The notes beneath the pieces were generated by a model, which worked only from the letters and a program-made list of their open reading frames with translations, did not search any database and had not been told where the DNA came from. A DNA stretch of 64,000 bases from NCBI GenBank assembly GCA_965153455.1, contig OZ234494.1, positions 3,534,001-3,598,000 of the forward strand, written 5' to 3'. Position numbers and translations under genes: made by a program. Positions 14,310 to 25,982 of the stretch are shown piece after piece. Origin of the DNA: Sphagnum compactum (Eukaryota). Numbering within the stretch: position 1 is the first letter of the stretch; each line of letters starts with the position of its first letter.

Positions 14310-15940
14310 AAATTAAGTCAAATGAGCCACCAAAGACCTTAAATTAAAACAAAGCAACCACTAGAAACTTCAAATTCAATCAAACCTTAACCACAAAGCT
14401 AAAACTAAATCAAATAAGCTGTGAAAATGGTGAGGTTCAATCAAATAGGCCATGACAAAGCTCAAATTCAATTAAAGGAAATATGGTTGAATTGAAATCA
14501 AGTCAAATGACCCACCAGAGCTCAAATTCAATTAAATAAGTTATGGCAGAAGTCAAATTAAAACACCTAAGCCACCACAAACCTCAAATTGATTCAAACC
14601 CTAACCATAGAGTTGAAATTAAATCTACCAAGCCAATACAAAGCCTAAATTAAATAAAATGACTTGTGGCAGAGTTCGATTCAATCAAAGACATAGTGGC
14701 AAAATTCAATTTTAATCAAATGACCAATGGAAGTGCTCAAATAGTTCAAAAAAATCATGGCAGAGCTCAAATTAAATCAAATGATTTGTGGCAAAGCTCA
14801 ACTCAATCAAAGACACTGCCATAGAACTCAAATTAGATCAAATGATTTGTAGCAGACTTCAATTACCTCAAAAACACCATGACAGAGTTTAAATTGAATC
14901 AAATGATTTGTGGCATAATTCAAATTAAATCAAATGACTTGCGGAAAACTTCAATTAGTTCAAAAAAACCATCACAAAGTTGAAATTAAATGAAATGACC
15001 CCTAGTAAACTTCAATCAAATAACAAAAAAACCATGTTAAACCTCATATTAAATCAAATGAATTGTGAAAGAGTTCAATTAAATCAAAGAGATAGTGGCA
15101 GGCTTCAAATTAATCAAATGACCCATGGCAAAGCTCAATTAGCTCAAAGACATTGGCAAACATCAAATTAAATCAAATGATCCATGGAAGAGTTCAATTA
15201 GCTCAAAAACATCATAGCAGAATTGAAATTAAATCAAATGACCTATGGAAGAACTCAATTAAATCAAAAGAAACCATGGTAGGGCTCAAATAAAATCAAA
15301 TGACTCGTGGTAGACATCAATTAGCTCAAAAAACCATGGTAGAATTGAAATTAAATGAAATGACCCATAACAGACTTCAATTAATTAAAAAAACCGTGGG
15401 GGACTTCAAATTAAATCAAATAACTTGTGGCAAACCTCAATTAGTTCAAAAAAATTATGACAGACCTCAAACTAAATCAAATGACCTATGGAAGATCTCA
15501 ATTAAATAAAAATGACCATGATAGAGTTGAAATTAAATCAAATGACCTATGGCAAATATTTATTAGTTCAAATACATCGTGGCAAAGTTGAAATTATATC
15601 AAATGATTCGATGGACCTCAATTAATTCAAAGAAATTGTGGTGGAATTGAAATTAAATTAAATTAAATGACCCTAGGTAGACTTCAATTAAATTAAAAAA
15701 ATTGTGGCAGACCTCAAATTAAATCAAATGACCCATGATAGAGGTCAAATTCAATAAAAAAAATCATGACAAAGTTCAATTCACCTCAAATGACCCACAA
15801 CAAACCTCAATTAGTTCAAAGAAATCGTGGCAAATCTCAAATGAAATAAAATAATCTATGGTTGAAGTAAAATTAAATGAAAGAAACCATGATAGAACTC
15901 AAATTGTATCAAATGACATGTGACAAAACTCAATTGGGAA
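14310..15940. repeat. Degenerate satellite of about 32-33 bp (tcaaattaaatcaaatgacccatggcagagc), alternating in dimers of about 65 bp
   Basis: aaattaaatcaaatgac and ttcaattagctcaaaa recur at regular spacing across 1.6 kb. Confidence 0.85.
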
Positions 15941-16141
15941 GGAATAAACTATCACAATGTAATCATTAGGAGGCATGTTAGAGGTCAGAGGTGGATGTCT
16001 AAAAGATGGTGAAAGATGTTGAACTTCATTCTTAAGCATAAGGAAAAGCTACCGTAGGATGTTATCAACAACATCATCAATGCAGTGGTTGATATGAAGG
16101 AGATTATGAACAAGGCCACCCAAAAAAATCACAGGGTTAAA

Positions 16142-17500
16142 CATGTATTTAAATCAAATGGGTCATTAGACAGACCTAAAATTAACTCAAAAGGTTCCAT
16201 GGAACTTGTAATGAACTCGGGATAATTGGAACCTTTAAAATAGAAAGCTACAATGGTGAAAACATGAAAAAATGAGCTAGTTGCACCAAGGTTAAAGTCC
16301 TTTCCAAAGACTATATTTTCCATGTGGTAATTTTTTATTGGTTTATATTGCATTTTTCACACAAGTTTTTAAACTAAATATCAAATTTGAAGCAAAATAT
16401 GACATATAACATGATAAAAAATCAAATTTTCTTGCATCAAGCCTTACATTATAGTCAAATCTATAACTTTATTTTGAACCATGATTACAAATTCAAAAAT
16501 AGTGTAAAAGGACATTCGAGTATTAAAATCTAAAATGATATATGTATTTTTATTTTGTGAATGTTTTGAACACATGGATCCTTTCTTGTGGATTATATTA
16601 AATTGAAACAATTTGGTGAACATTTGATAAGGGAAAAAGACTTTTGATCCAAAAAAACCACATGTCCACATGCTTTTCTTGAATGTTTTAAACATATAAA
16701 GGGACTTTTGAAGCATGATGAATTTTCATGGAAATTTTGTAATTGCAACTTTAAAAATGTCGCAACCCTAACCTTGGGTTTGCAACCAAAGCAAGGGCTT
16801 GCAAAGGTGCGGGCTGGGAGTCACATTTGAAGTTGAGTCTATTAAGGAGTTCGGGGGTATGTCAGAAAGTATAAAATTTATTTTAAAATAAAACATTTTT
16901 TGGGATATATAATGTTCCCGTGGTGATTTTCAAATTTTCAAAAAACAATTTTTAAGGACTATCCACACATTGCTTGGCTCCTTTTTTCCTACTTTCACTC
17001 ACCAATAAATCAAATGCTCCATGGAACTTGCAATGGGCTTAAAATAACTCGAACCCCTAAATTAGAGAGCATGTATTCAAATCAAATGTGCCATTAAACA
17101 GACCTAAAATGAACTCAAAAGGCTCCATGGAACTTGCAATGAACCCATGATAATTAGAACCTTTGAATCAAAGAGCATGTATTTAAATCAAATGCACCAT
17201 TAGACAAACCTAAAATGAACTCAAAAGGTTCCATGGAACTTGTAATGAGCCTAGGATAACTGGAACCCCTAAACCAGAAAGCTAAAAATAAATCAAATGT
17301 GCCATGGTAGACCTTAAATCAACTAAAAAGAGTCCATGAAAATTGATATGAGCCAAACACACCTTGAAACCTTAAACTAGAAAGCTCAAATTAAATAAAA
17401 TGTGCCACCATAGACTACAAACTTCAAATCAATTCAAAACAAACCATGGAAAAATGAAATGAGAGAAGGACAATTTGACAACCAAAACCAAAGAGTTCAA
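16142..17500. repeat. About 106-bp tandem repeat related to the satellite, interrupted by about 750 bp of other DNA (16250-17000)
   Basis: catgtatt(t/c)aaatcaaatg...aactcaaaagg(t/c)tccatggaacttg occurs at 16142, 17070 and 17176, with degenerate copies at about 17005 and 17290. Confidence 0.8.
16758..16864. mobile_element. Short TG...CA LTR-like remnant (internally deleted solo LTR)
   Basis: GC-richer 107-bp island in AT-rich DNA starting TGTCGCAACCCTA and ending ATGTCA. Flanks aaaaa/gaaag only partly match a 5-bp TSD. Confidence 0.4.
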
Positions 17501-20500
17501 ATTGAAAAAGAAAAACATGGAGAATTTCTAAGTACTTTGTCTTCATTGAGGTGTTCAATTTGTGGGGGCTAAGGCAAAAATCCATATATGGTTTTTTCCA
17601 CTCTTGCTTCCCCTTGTTGGATTTCTTCAGCCATGTGATATATTTCTGGATGTTAGCTTGGGTAAATTTGATTGGTGCATATTGTAACCCACGAGCCACC
17701 TTGTCACCAGAAGTAGCATATTGATATACCTTTGATAGTGTATGCCCAAAACAATGGCCATCAAATGGCTCAGTTGTGTCAAGATGACCACAAGACACCA
17801 TAACTTTCAAAGCTTGAACATAAGTTTGCAAATTGGGCCCTTTGTCTTTGACAAAGCCCACAATCTTGTGTGTGAGTGCAAACTTGTCAAGGATGTGTTT
17901 GAGCTCCACAACCATAATATCACCACTCATATCATTGGCCTCAAACAAGCCAATGATGATGTGCTTGGGCTCCTAATTGGTGGAGAGGAAATTAACAACC
18001 ATCGCAAAAACATTATGGGCCCCTTTGGACATCCACAAATCGAAAGTGCAGGTGGATGTCAAGCATTTAACCAATGCAAGTTACACATATTCAGTCACGG
18101 TTGTGTTCACTAATGCAAGAAGAATCTCATCAATGAATACCTTTTTCAATGGGAAGCTCACCTTTGGCCATAATCAAAAAGCTAATTTTTGCAACCAAAT
18201 AGATTCCATTATCCTCAAAGGCAAAAAACCCCTGATCACAAATAACATTACATCTTGCAAAACCTCTCCTAGCTATCATGGTTTTTCAAGAACGGGTTGA
18301 AGAAGCAAAAAATCCTAACATAAAACTTGAACTAACATTTTGTTGTTTCGTTGTTGGTCCGCGATCAAGATTGTTATGACAACAAGCGTGTTGTTCAATT
18401 TTAAACGTCTTAAGCAAATCAACACAATCTTGCTCCACGTGTTGTGTCATGGTAATATGCCATGAGCTTTATTGTAAGAAATAAATCTTTTATAACACCT
18501 TGTGTGTAAGGCCAAAATTTTGGGGTCCATTGTGTCCGCTGTGGCAAATAATGCAACGCATTAATTGACTTCGCTTGAAATTAAAATTTTATTTGTCATT
18601 TAAAATGAAGAAGGCCCAAGCTATTGAAGTCTTTTGGTGAGGTTTCCAAGAAGCTCATTATTTCTTTAAGGATCCCAAAAACACTTTGTGTACTTTAAAG
18701 TGATTCTAGTTAAGGATAATTCTTTTAGAAACAAGTCATTGTAAGTTTGCCATAGTTGCACATGTTGTGATGCCACATTTCCTATGAACAATTGAATAAT
18801 AAAAATGTCAAATAACCTTTCATGAAAAGAATATCACATGGTAGAAATGACCCATCTTGATTATGCTCCTAATCCATTCTTTGAGTTGTACTGCATACAC
18901 ACCCAAAGCTTTACAATAGTCTTTAGAGCAATTTATATCTAAATTCAACAAAAATAACAAGCTTGGTGTTTGTTTTCCATCAACAAACATGCATTATGTT
19001 TTGATCTCATCTGCTTCAAGTTTGATTGTTTGTATTTTACTTCAATGTATTACAACCTTTTTCTTCCCCTACTGAAATTCCGTGTGTTCTTTTTTATGCA
19101 CTTTGAGTTGAAGCCCTTTTTCAAAGACAAGAAAATATGGTTAGAGATATGCACAACTATAGTTAAATTGAATAGTTGTGTTCCCTTACCTTACACCTAC
19201 AACAAATGATTTTGTCAAGAGTATGACAAATGCATTCATGAGCTACGTTACACATGAATGAAATGAACGTCAATGGTGAGGAAAATATGCACCATATAGA
19301 ACAAAGGGGTGTAGCCAAAGAATGTGTAACCCGGTCTGCCATGTATTATGCTCAAGTTCAAGCTTTACTGCTAGCTCAAAGGGTAAGATGACTCACCTGA
19401 GAAGTGACTTATTCGGTGCTGCATCACATTAATAATTACAAATACATCTTTGTAAAAGTCACTCTTGAAAGGTACAAGCCACGCATCCCAAGAGTTGAAG
19501 TCAAGCCCCACAGATGACGGGAGGAAGCAATACCTCAATCTACACAAGTTGAGAAATGCTTTTGGTCAGTAGCTTGAGCTCTACTGCAATTGTTACGTTC
19601 TTTCATAAGACAAATTGACAGGTGATATAAAGCATTGCCCCATTTTCTTATACAACAAATCCTAGGATGAAACATGAGCAAACCCTTCTTAAGCTGTGGT
19701 GATGCATACTAACCTGTCTGATGATCTTGCTCAGAGTCCTGGGCTCAAATTCCAACAGCCAACAAACGATGTCTTTGCCTGTCCTTCCATACACAAACCT
19801 CTTTGCAATGTGCCTGTACTCACATGCACCAGATGCTGACATATCCATGTTTACCACAATCCATCAGTCCCTGTTCCTGAATAACAATTGTCAGATAAAT
19901 GGACAACATGGAAGGGAAGAATATTTCACGCTGGTCACAAGTACAAGTCCAACCAGAGATGCTTTTGGGGCCTGTTTCAATCTCCTTTTCCTCCACTGGC
20001 AAGGACATTGACACACCATGCACGAACCACAAGTGTTCAAGTAAGCTTTGTCTGCTACCTACAGAAGCTCCTATCAGCTTCATCAAATACCCACGGGGAC
20101 CATGCATGCCTCCAATATGGTCAAGCAGATCAGATTCTCTATACTGACCAGGGCAAGGAATGTCCAACAGCAGTTTGTCCAGCACTTGATCTAATCTAGT
20201 GCAACTACAAACCAGGACAACAAATGCAAGCAAATACAGCCCATTGTCTAAACAGTAGTAGAACAGCAGACAAGCTTTTATATTGCTGAAATCCACCAGT
20301 AGTGCTCAATCCATGCCTGTGGCCCTTATCAGAAGGTCAAATCCAAAATCCAAGGTGAGACATTGACCAAGTACAGACACCTTGTGTGCTGTTTCTCTGC
20401 ACATCCAGGCTTCACAAACCCTAAACTTTAGAAACTTGTACCTCCTTGACTTATGGGCAAATAATGTTGGTTGGAAATCTCTGAATCTCAAAATTCAAAA

Positions 20501-20573
20501 TCGTATCAGGATAGGCTTGACTTCTCTGGCCATAGGCTATTATACCCTACAAAAGCCTGCAAGTAGTCCAGTT

Positions 20574-23235
20574 TCAATGTGAGTGTTTGGAATCCCTTAA
20601 TCTCCAGTGTGTTCTACCCCGGAGGATTTCTGCACCATCAACTTGCAACCGCAACAAGTGTGTAAATTGCAAGCATGGAGGTATATGGCTGGTAACATCT
20701 GGAATTGATGTTTGAGATCCAGCTGAGTGAGAGCAGCCTGCTCCATTCACCTCTACTTCACCTTCATTCCCTGGCACTGCAGAAGCAGGACTGCACATTG
20801 ACTGCAGAACATCAGATTGGCTGCACTCTCTTCTGTACTCGAGTGCCATACTTGAAAGTTCATATTTTTCATGAACTGCAACTGGAACACTCTGCATCCC
20901 CAACCACATTCTAAATTAGACTGTAACCACATTATATTGCCTTCATTGCCACTTTTCCTATCAACCAGCCAAACAAAGAAGCAAGTATCCTCCATTGGCA
21001 CGAAAACAATAACTCAAATAACAGAGAACCTTAAAATGCCCCAAACATCAGGTAGAAAGAGCAATTAATCTTGCCAAGTGCTACTGAAGAGAGCTACCTG
21101 GACATCTTCTGGCTTCATGAACTGAGATACTTAGGTAAGCCACATATGAAGGAACATATATACCCTTTATTGGACTATTGAGAAACAGGCTAAGACAAGA
21201 TTACCTCCATCACCCATCCAACATATTTCACATTGTTGACATGTTGATTCATGTCCAAATCACTGCGTCTTGGCTGCAACAAGAGGGTCATGTGGAGTAA
21301 GATTACAGAGATTTTTCTGATGCCACATATGTGCAGCAATCATGAGAATTCTTCTGTTTTTCCAAGCTCTATGAATATGTGCATGAGCATTTAATTCTGG
21401 ATGCCAGGTCCAAGAGAGGAACACTTACGGTCAGTCCATACTGCACAAACTGGGCAGTATCATCAAGTCTATCTATTTTCTGTGTCACGGTGTTTTTGTC
21501 CTTCATGGAGAATCTTTCGAGATGGAAAGGAGAAATCTCAGCTCGAACTTCATCAGGCATCTTTGAAAGCCTCCTTGTGTTTTGATTCATTGTCACCCAC
21601 GTGCTGCAAGGCAATAAGATTCAGAGATTTCCTTTTGCAATCTGAACCAATCTCAAATTGTTGCACATTGAAGATAGAATAAGCATATGGGGAGGATGAA
21701 GCTTGCACCTTGTGGCACGGGAAATGATCTGCCCTGTTTTGTAATTGCGCACAAGCCAGTCACGTCTCATCCCATTCTTGCCTGATGCGGCTACCCATGT
21801 ATCCACCTCCACCACATCCCCCCTGTCAAGTACCAAGGGCTTTGTAAGATATTACTGGTATCACAGGTGACAAAAGTGCAACTACAGTTTGGACTAAACA
21901 AAGACCCATCCGTCCAACTTCCTAAATCTGACAGTGTGCAAAAACCTTGATAGAATGATCTGCAGATATGTCCCATGGGTAGTCTTTGATCTGCAGAAGA
22001 CAAGCATCAAAGACTAACCATCATGCACTTGTCAGGCTGCCTCTCAGCTAAACCTCACACAGGTGAAGACTTAATCGGCTGAACACTGCAAAATCACCAA
22101 CTTACCAAGCAGGGTAGGCATCAACTTCAATACGCATACAAGTAACAACCCAAATCAGGTCATTACGGATCATTCCATGTGTGGCACCAAATCCATCTCC
22201 AGCCAAACCAGACATCCATACTTGATTCAATGCAGTTTCCTGTTCCAAAACCCATCATGGCACTGTCATGAACAAGAATGCCCAAAAAGGAAGGATGGGT
22301 CTGTAACAAACATTATCACAACAAGACACCCTGGCCCACACTAAGCATTGTCAAGGAAGAGTTGTTCGCAAAGCCCCACTCTACTGAACATTCAAGTCTC
22401 TTCATCAAACCATAACAATTGATTTGAGTTTGTATTGATGATGTTTAGCACTCTGTTCTTTTGTCATCATCAAATTCAATTCTCATCGTTACAATTGAAT
22501 GAGCTTTCTGCTTGAGCTTCTCTCCTACAGAACTGCATTAGGGAAGAATGCTTTTAGGGATCCACTTACTTGCAGGTGATTCATGAATGTGTCAATGGAG
22601 GCAGCCTTATCAAGGCCCACTTCATATGAGCGTATCACAAAAGTTTGACGATACACACGTCTGCCTTCAACAAGCCTTCCCTGTCTAAAAGACTCCGCAG
22701 CTGACAAGTCCATTTTGTCAGCAAGAAGCTGTTCAGACTGCCGCTGCTTGTCTGCTGCCAGTGCAAAGCTAGCAATTGCACCAAGTACGGCATTGAATCC
22801 TGCATGTTTGGAATGGAGTTCTTCAAATGTGGTCGTCTTAGTAGGAGTAGTAGTAGTAGAAGAAGACAGGCTCTTATTGTTACTCATCTCTCCCTGCTGT
22901 GGTTTCTTCTTCTTCGCAGCACCTGGCATGTTAGAACCCTCGTACTGTGTACCATTGACTTCAGCGATCTCGTGAACACTTTGCGTAATTGTAAGCGTCG
23001 TCAATATTGATCTCCTTCTAGCAGGCAATGCAGACAAATCCTTATGTCTCCATTTCAGGGTAATAGACTTTGCAAGATTCTTGACGTTGTTGGATAGCTG
23101 AAGATCCGAGGATTGCGTTGCAGAGAACGAAGTGCTGCAGGGAGGAGCAGTGAATCTGATGATATGCTGGCCTTTTGCTTCTGCTGCTGCGCAGTTTGTC
23201 CTTCCTTTCCCTGTGCTTCTTGCAACTGCTTCCAT
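20574..23235 (-). CDS. FATB: Acyl-ACP thioesterase (FAT family, FatB-like), probably plastid-targeted; 6 coding exons, 491 aa
   Basis: Exons 23235-22570, 22239-22106, 21822-21709, 21603-21429, 21273-21205 and 20891-20574 are all GT-AG with consistent phases (1476 nt). Motifs: YRQTFVIRSYEVG, GDGFGAT, WGDVVEVDTWV, GKNGMRRDW, TRRLSKMPDEVRAEI, DLDMNQHVNNVKY, LEYRREC. The long Ser/Thr/Ala-rich N-terminus resembles a transit peptide. Subfamily assignment is less certain than family. Confidence 0.93.
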
Positions 23236-24051
23236 TGCACAAAGCGTTGCTGTGCGAGAGGGAGAAAAGAAGCTTTATGGAACTGGCGGGGAATTTTCAG
23301 ATGGCTCCGACGTTTTGCTCGATAGATGTGCTATCCGATGCGCTCTCTCCCGCACAAAAAAAAGTGCGAAGGTCAGATTCGCGTTAGTAGAACGTGATGA
23401 CGGACCTGCAAGACAAAACAGGTCGTCTCGAAGTGAGATGAAAGAATCATCGTTGTGCGATCGCTTCCAATTCACAGCATCTGTTTTCAAGAAAATCCTT
23501 TCGCCCGCCGCTCCTCCTCCTCCTCCCCCGATTCCTCTCCAAACGTAGAAATCGATGCTGTAAATGCTGCGAGACGGAACCGCAATTTCTGCAAACTAGC
23601 TGACTGACCGCTCTGCAACGCAGCAGCAGAGCACAGTGCTTTTGTTTTTGTTTCCGTACCTGCATTCAAATCCAAACGCGGCAAGCAACAGCATCATCCG
23701 GCGATCTCCAACGCTTCATCGCTTCAATCCAACTGGCTGAAAAACACCACCAGATCAAACCGGATCTCCTTTTTCTTTCAACCGCCAGACAATGCAGCAG
23801 CAGATCCTGCTCTTCCACTCTACAGATCTAATTTCTGCAGCCCCGCACACACACAAAAGAGCATGAAGAAGAAACCGCAGTAGCAGCAGCAACAGCAGCT
23901 ACTGATGAGTTTCCAAGACACGAAACTCCATCATCCAAGCTCATCGACAACACCTGCCTGCCTGCCTGCAAGCGACTTGTTCTGGTGGCGGACTAAACTT
24001 GCGGTAGGCGAGTTTTTCTTCCACAGCAATAGAACTCGGAGAAGAACCAAA

Positions 24052-24089
<38 letters not shown>

Positions 24090-24100
24090 CTCACTCACAG
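23236..24100 (-). other. Probable intron-containing 5' UTR of the FAT gene
   Basis: Minus-strand acceptor gttttgtcttgcag at 23406, donor CAG|gtacgg at 23659, and donor gtgagt near 24094-24098 followed by a long T tract. No transcript evidence. Confidence 0.4.
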
Positions 24101-24899
24101 GTGGTACTTAACGACTCATGACTGCTTCAACGGAGATGCGGGTCGATGCTCCCAAAGGATGTCCTTGACATTTTAAATCTACAGTTCTCTTCCCGCAAAG
24201 CCGCAGATCGTCACACCAAGCTCCACACGTCATTCCCCGGCGCTTGCTTCTCTCGTCTGCTGTCGTTGTGTCCGCCTCTGACCTCGTCGTCCGCCATCGC
24301 TATCTCCGTCTCTCTCGTTCTCCTTCCCTGAACACACACTCTCTCTCTCTCTCTCTCTCGCTCGCTGTGTGCCTCTACCGATGTCCCTTTCCGCATTGGA
24401 ATCATCCCGCTGTATTAACATTCTGCGGCGAATGAGCACTTTCTGGAGCTCCATTCTAGAATTCTGTCTCCGCTTCCGAATGTAAAAAACTCGGCCCCCT
24501 ACCCAGAACACCATTACGCGGACGATTGTCAGTTCCGCTCCGGAATCATCATTACAGCACAGATGCATATAACAGCAACGTGTTGTTAGACTTCTGTTTC
24601 CATTTCCCATTATAAAAAAGTATAATCGTTCCCGTCCAGAAAGCATTCTGCGGTTTTGAAAGCTGGCAGTAGCACGTTCCGCCCAGGAATCATCCATCAG
24701 AACTCAAATTCATTTAAAGGAAATCTTTTTTTTTTTTTTTTCCCGAATTTTCGTTTGGAATTATTATTATTATTATTATTATTTCATTTTTCCTGGGAAG
24801 ATGGGGATGATTTTTTTTTGGGTTTCTGTCCACAGGGAAAGAAGAGGGCAGATTCAACGAACAGAATACCGGCACATCGTCATTCATTGGATGAACCCT

Positions 24900-24900
<1 letters not shown>

Positions 24901-24930
<30 letters not shown>
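24901..24930. repeat. Poly-C tract (30 nt)
   Basis: Seen directly. A poly-A tract of about 34 nt also occurs at 24054-24087. Confidence 0.9.
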
Positions 24931-24932
<2 letters not shown>

Positions 24933-25468
24933 CTAAGTTGATGTCGTTGATAACCAACCTACCGAGTTGATACCAGGTCCTCGTGACTTGGTAGGTAGTT
25001 GGTACCAGGTCCTGTAACTTGGTAGGTAGTTGACACCAGGTTCTGTGACCTGGTAGGTAGTTGATAATAGGTGGCAAGTCGGTGGATAGTTAGTTACATG
25101 CAGATGGGTATTGAGTTGGGTAACCGCCGGGGTCTGATTCCGGGTACCAACAACCTGCCAGCCGGTTACTCAATTTTTAATAACCTGCCCAGATGTTCGG
25201 AATTTCATCCGGGTAGGTTATCAATCCTAAAACCCTAAACATGGTTAGGGTAACAAACTAAACATAAACACAGGAGAAACACTGTTTGGAAAACCCTATA
25301 ACCTACCTGGGAAGTATAACCGTTGGTTTTCAAGGCGGGTCTTTGAGAACCAACGCTTGTTTCTTCCATCTGACCGTGAGATTGATAACCCGCAGGTTGA
25401 CATTCTCACCAAAAAAACACTGCCTACCCAGCCGGTTATGAGAAAAAAGAAATAACCGGCCAACACTG
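24931..25468. mobile_element. Non-autonomous hAT/MITE-like fragment with an internal 31-bp tandem repeat
   Basis: Ends in AAATAACCGGCCAACACTG (25450-25468). Contains multiple TAACC/GGTTA motifs and about 3.5 copies of gtgacttggtaggtagttggtaccaggtcct at about 24965-25065. Confidence 0.5.
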
Positions 25469-25982
25469 GTTAGTGCGTAGTAAGGGGCTCATGGGTTTAA
25501 CAGGTGGGTAGTCAAAACATGAAGCTTGAGCTAAACAACAACTGGGCTGCACGATCCTGCAGTTGCGGCGGCAGAGAAGCTGAGAAGCATGAACCAGAAC
25601 AAATAGGACCTGACAAAGTGAGGACAAAAGAGAATCTGAGAGACCGGGAGGTGCAAAAGCCATGCAGGCGGAGAAAAAGAGAATGGGTGTTTTGTGATTT
25701 TCCATGGTAAAAAAAATCAAGGCACATTTTTAGGTAGAGGAGTTGACACAAGTAGGCATAATTTGACTTCAAGCTAAAAACTCGATAGCCACAACTCAAA
25801 TTTGCTCCAAAACACAGGATCAGATACATACCCGAAGCAAACACCATTTCTTGACCTCTTGTGGCTGCGATCAAGAACCCTCAGTGCGTTTTCTTGACTG
25901 AGAAAAAAAACTTTTTGTATTTATCATGAGTGCAATTTTGAGCGAGCCCCAAGTTGCGGGATTTCTGTAGTGCACGCAAAAA

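Larger units (their letters stand above)
13240..18560 (-). pseudogene. Full-length decayed hAT transposase (BED-type) with one satellite-filled intron (about 14280-17535)
   Basis: Colinear minus-strand motifs: TCTFDLWMSKGAH (first catalytic D, about 18040), HIIIGLFEA, FVKDKGPNL, CFGHTLSK, LNTSMKT|gt (17536), FASHVLLFQD (14279), MLVLMLDPRFK (about 13860), and a hATC dimerisation region TWWCTEKNRF..LLAQQIFGIP..ERIF..DDPRVGC (about 13350-13560). Many in-frame stops. Confidence 0.8.

Noticed and set aside
14980-15509. Short K/Q/L-rich ORFs
   Set aside because: They are translations of the satellite.
19820-20296. 158-aa minus-strand ORF downstream of FAT
   Set aside because: No recognisable domain, and overlapping ORFs of similar size occur in other frames. 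It is more likely UTR.
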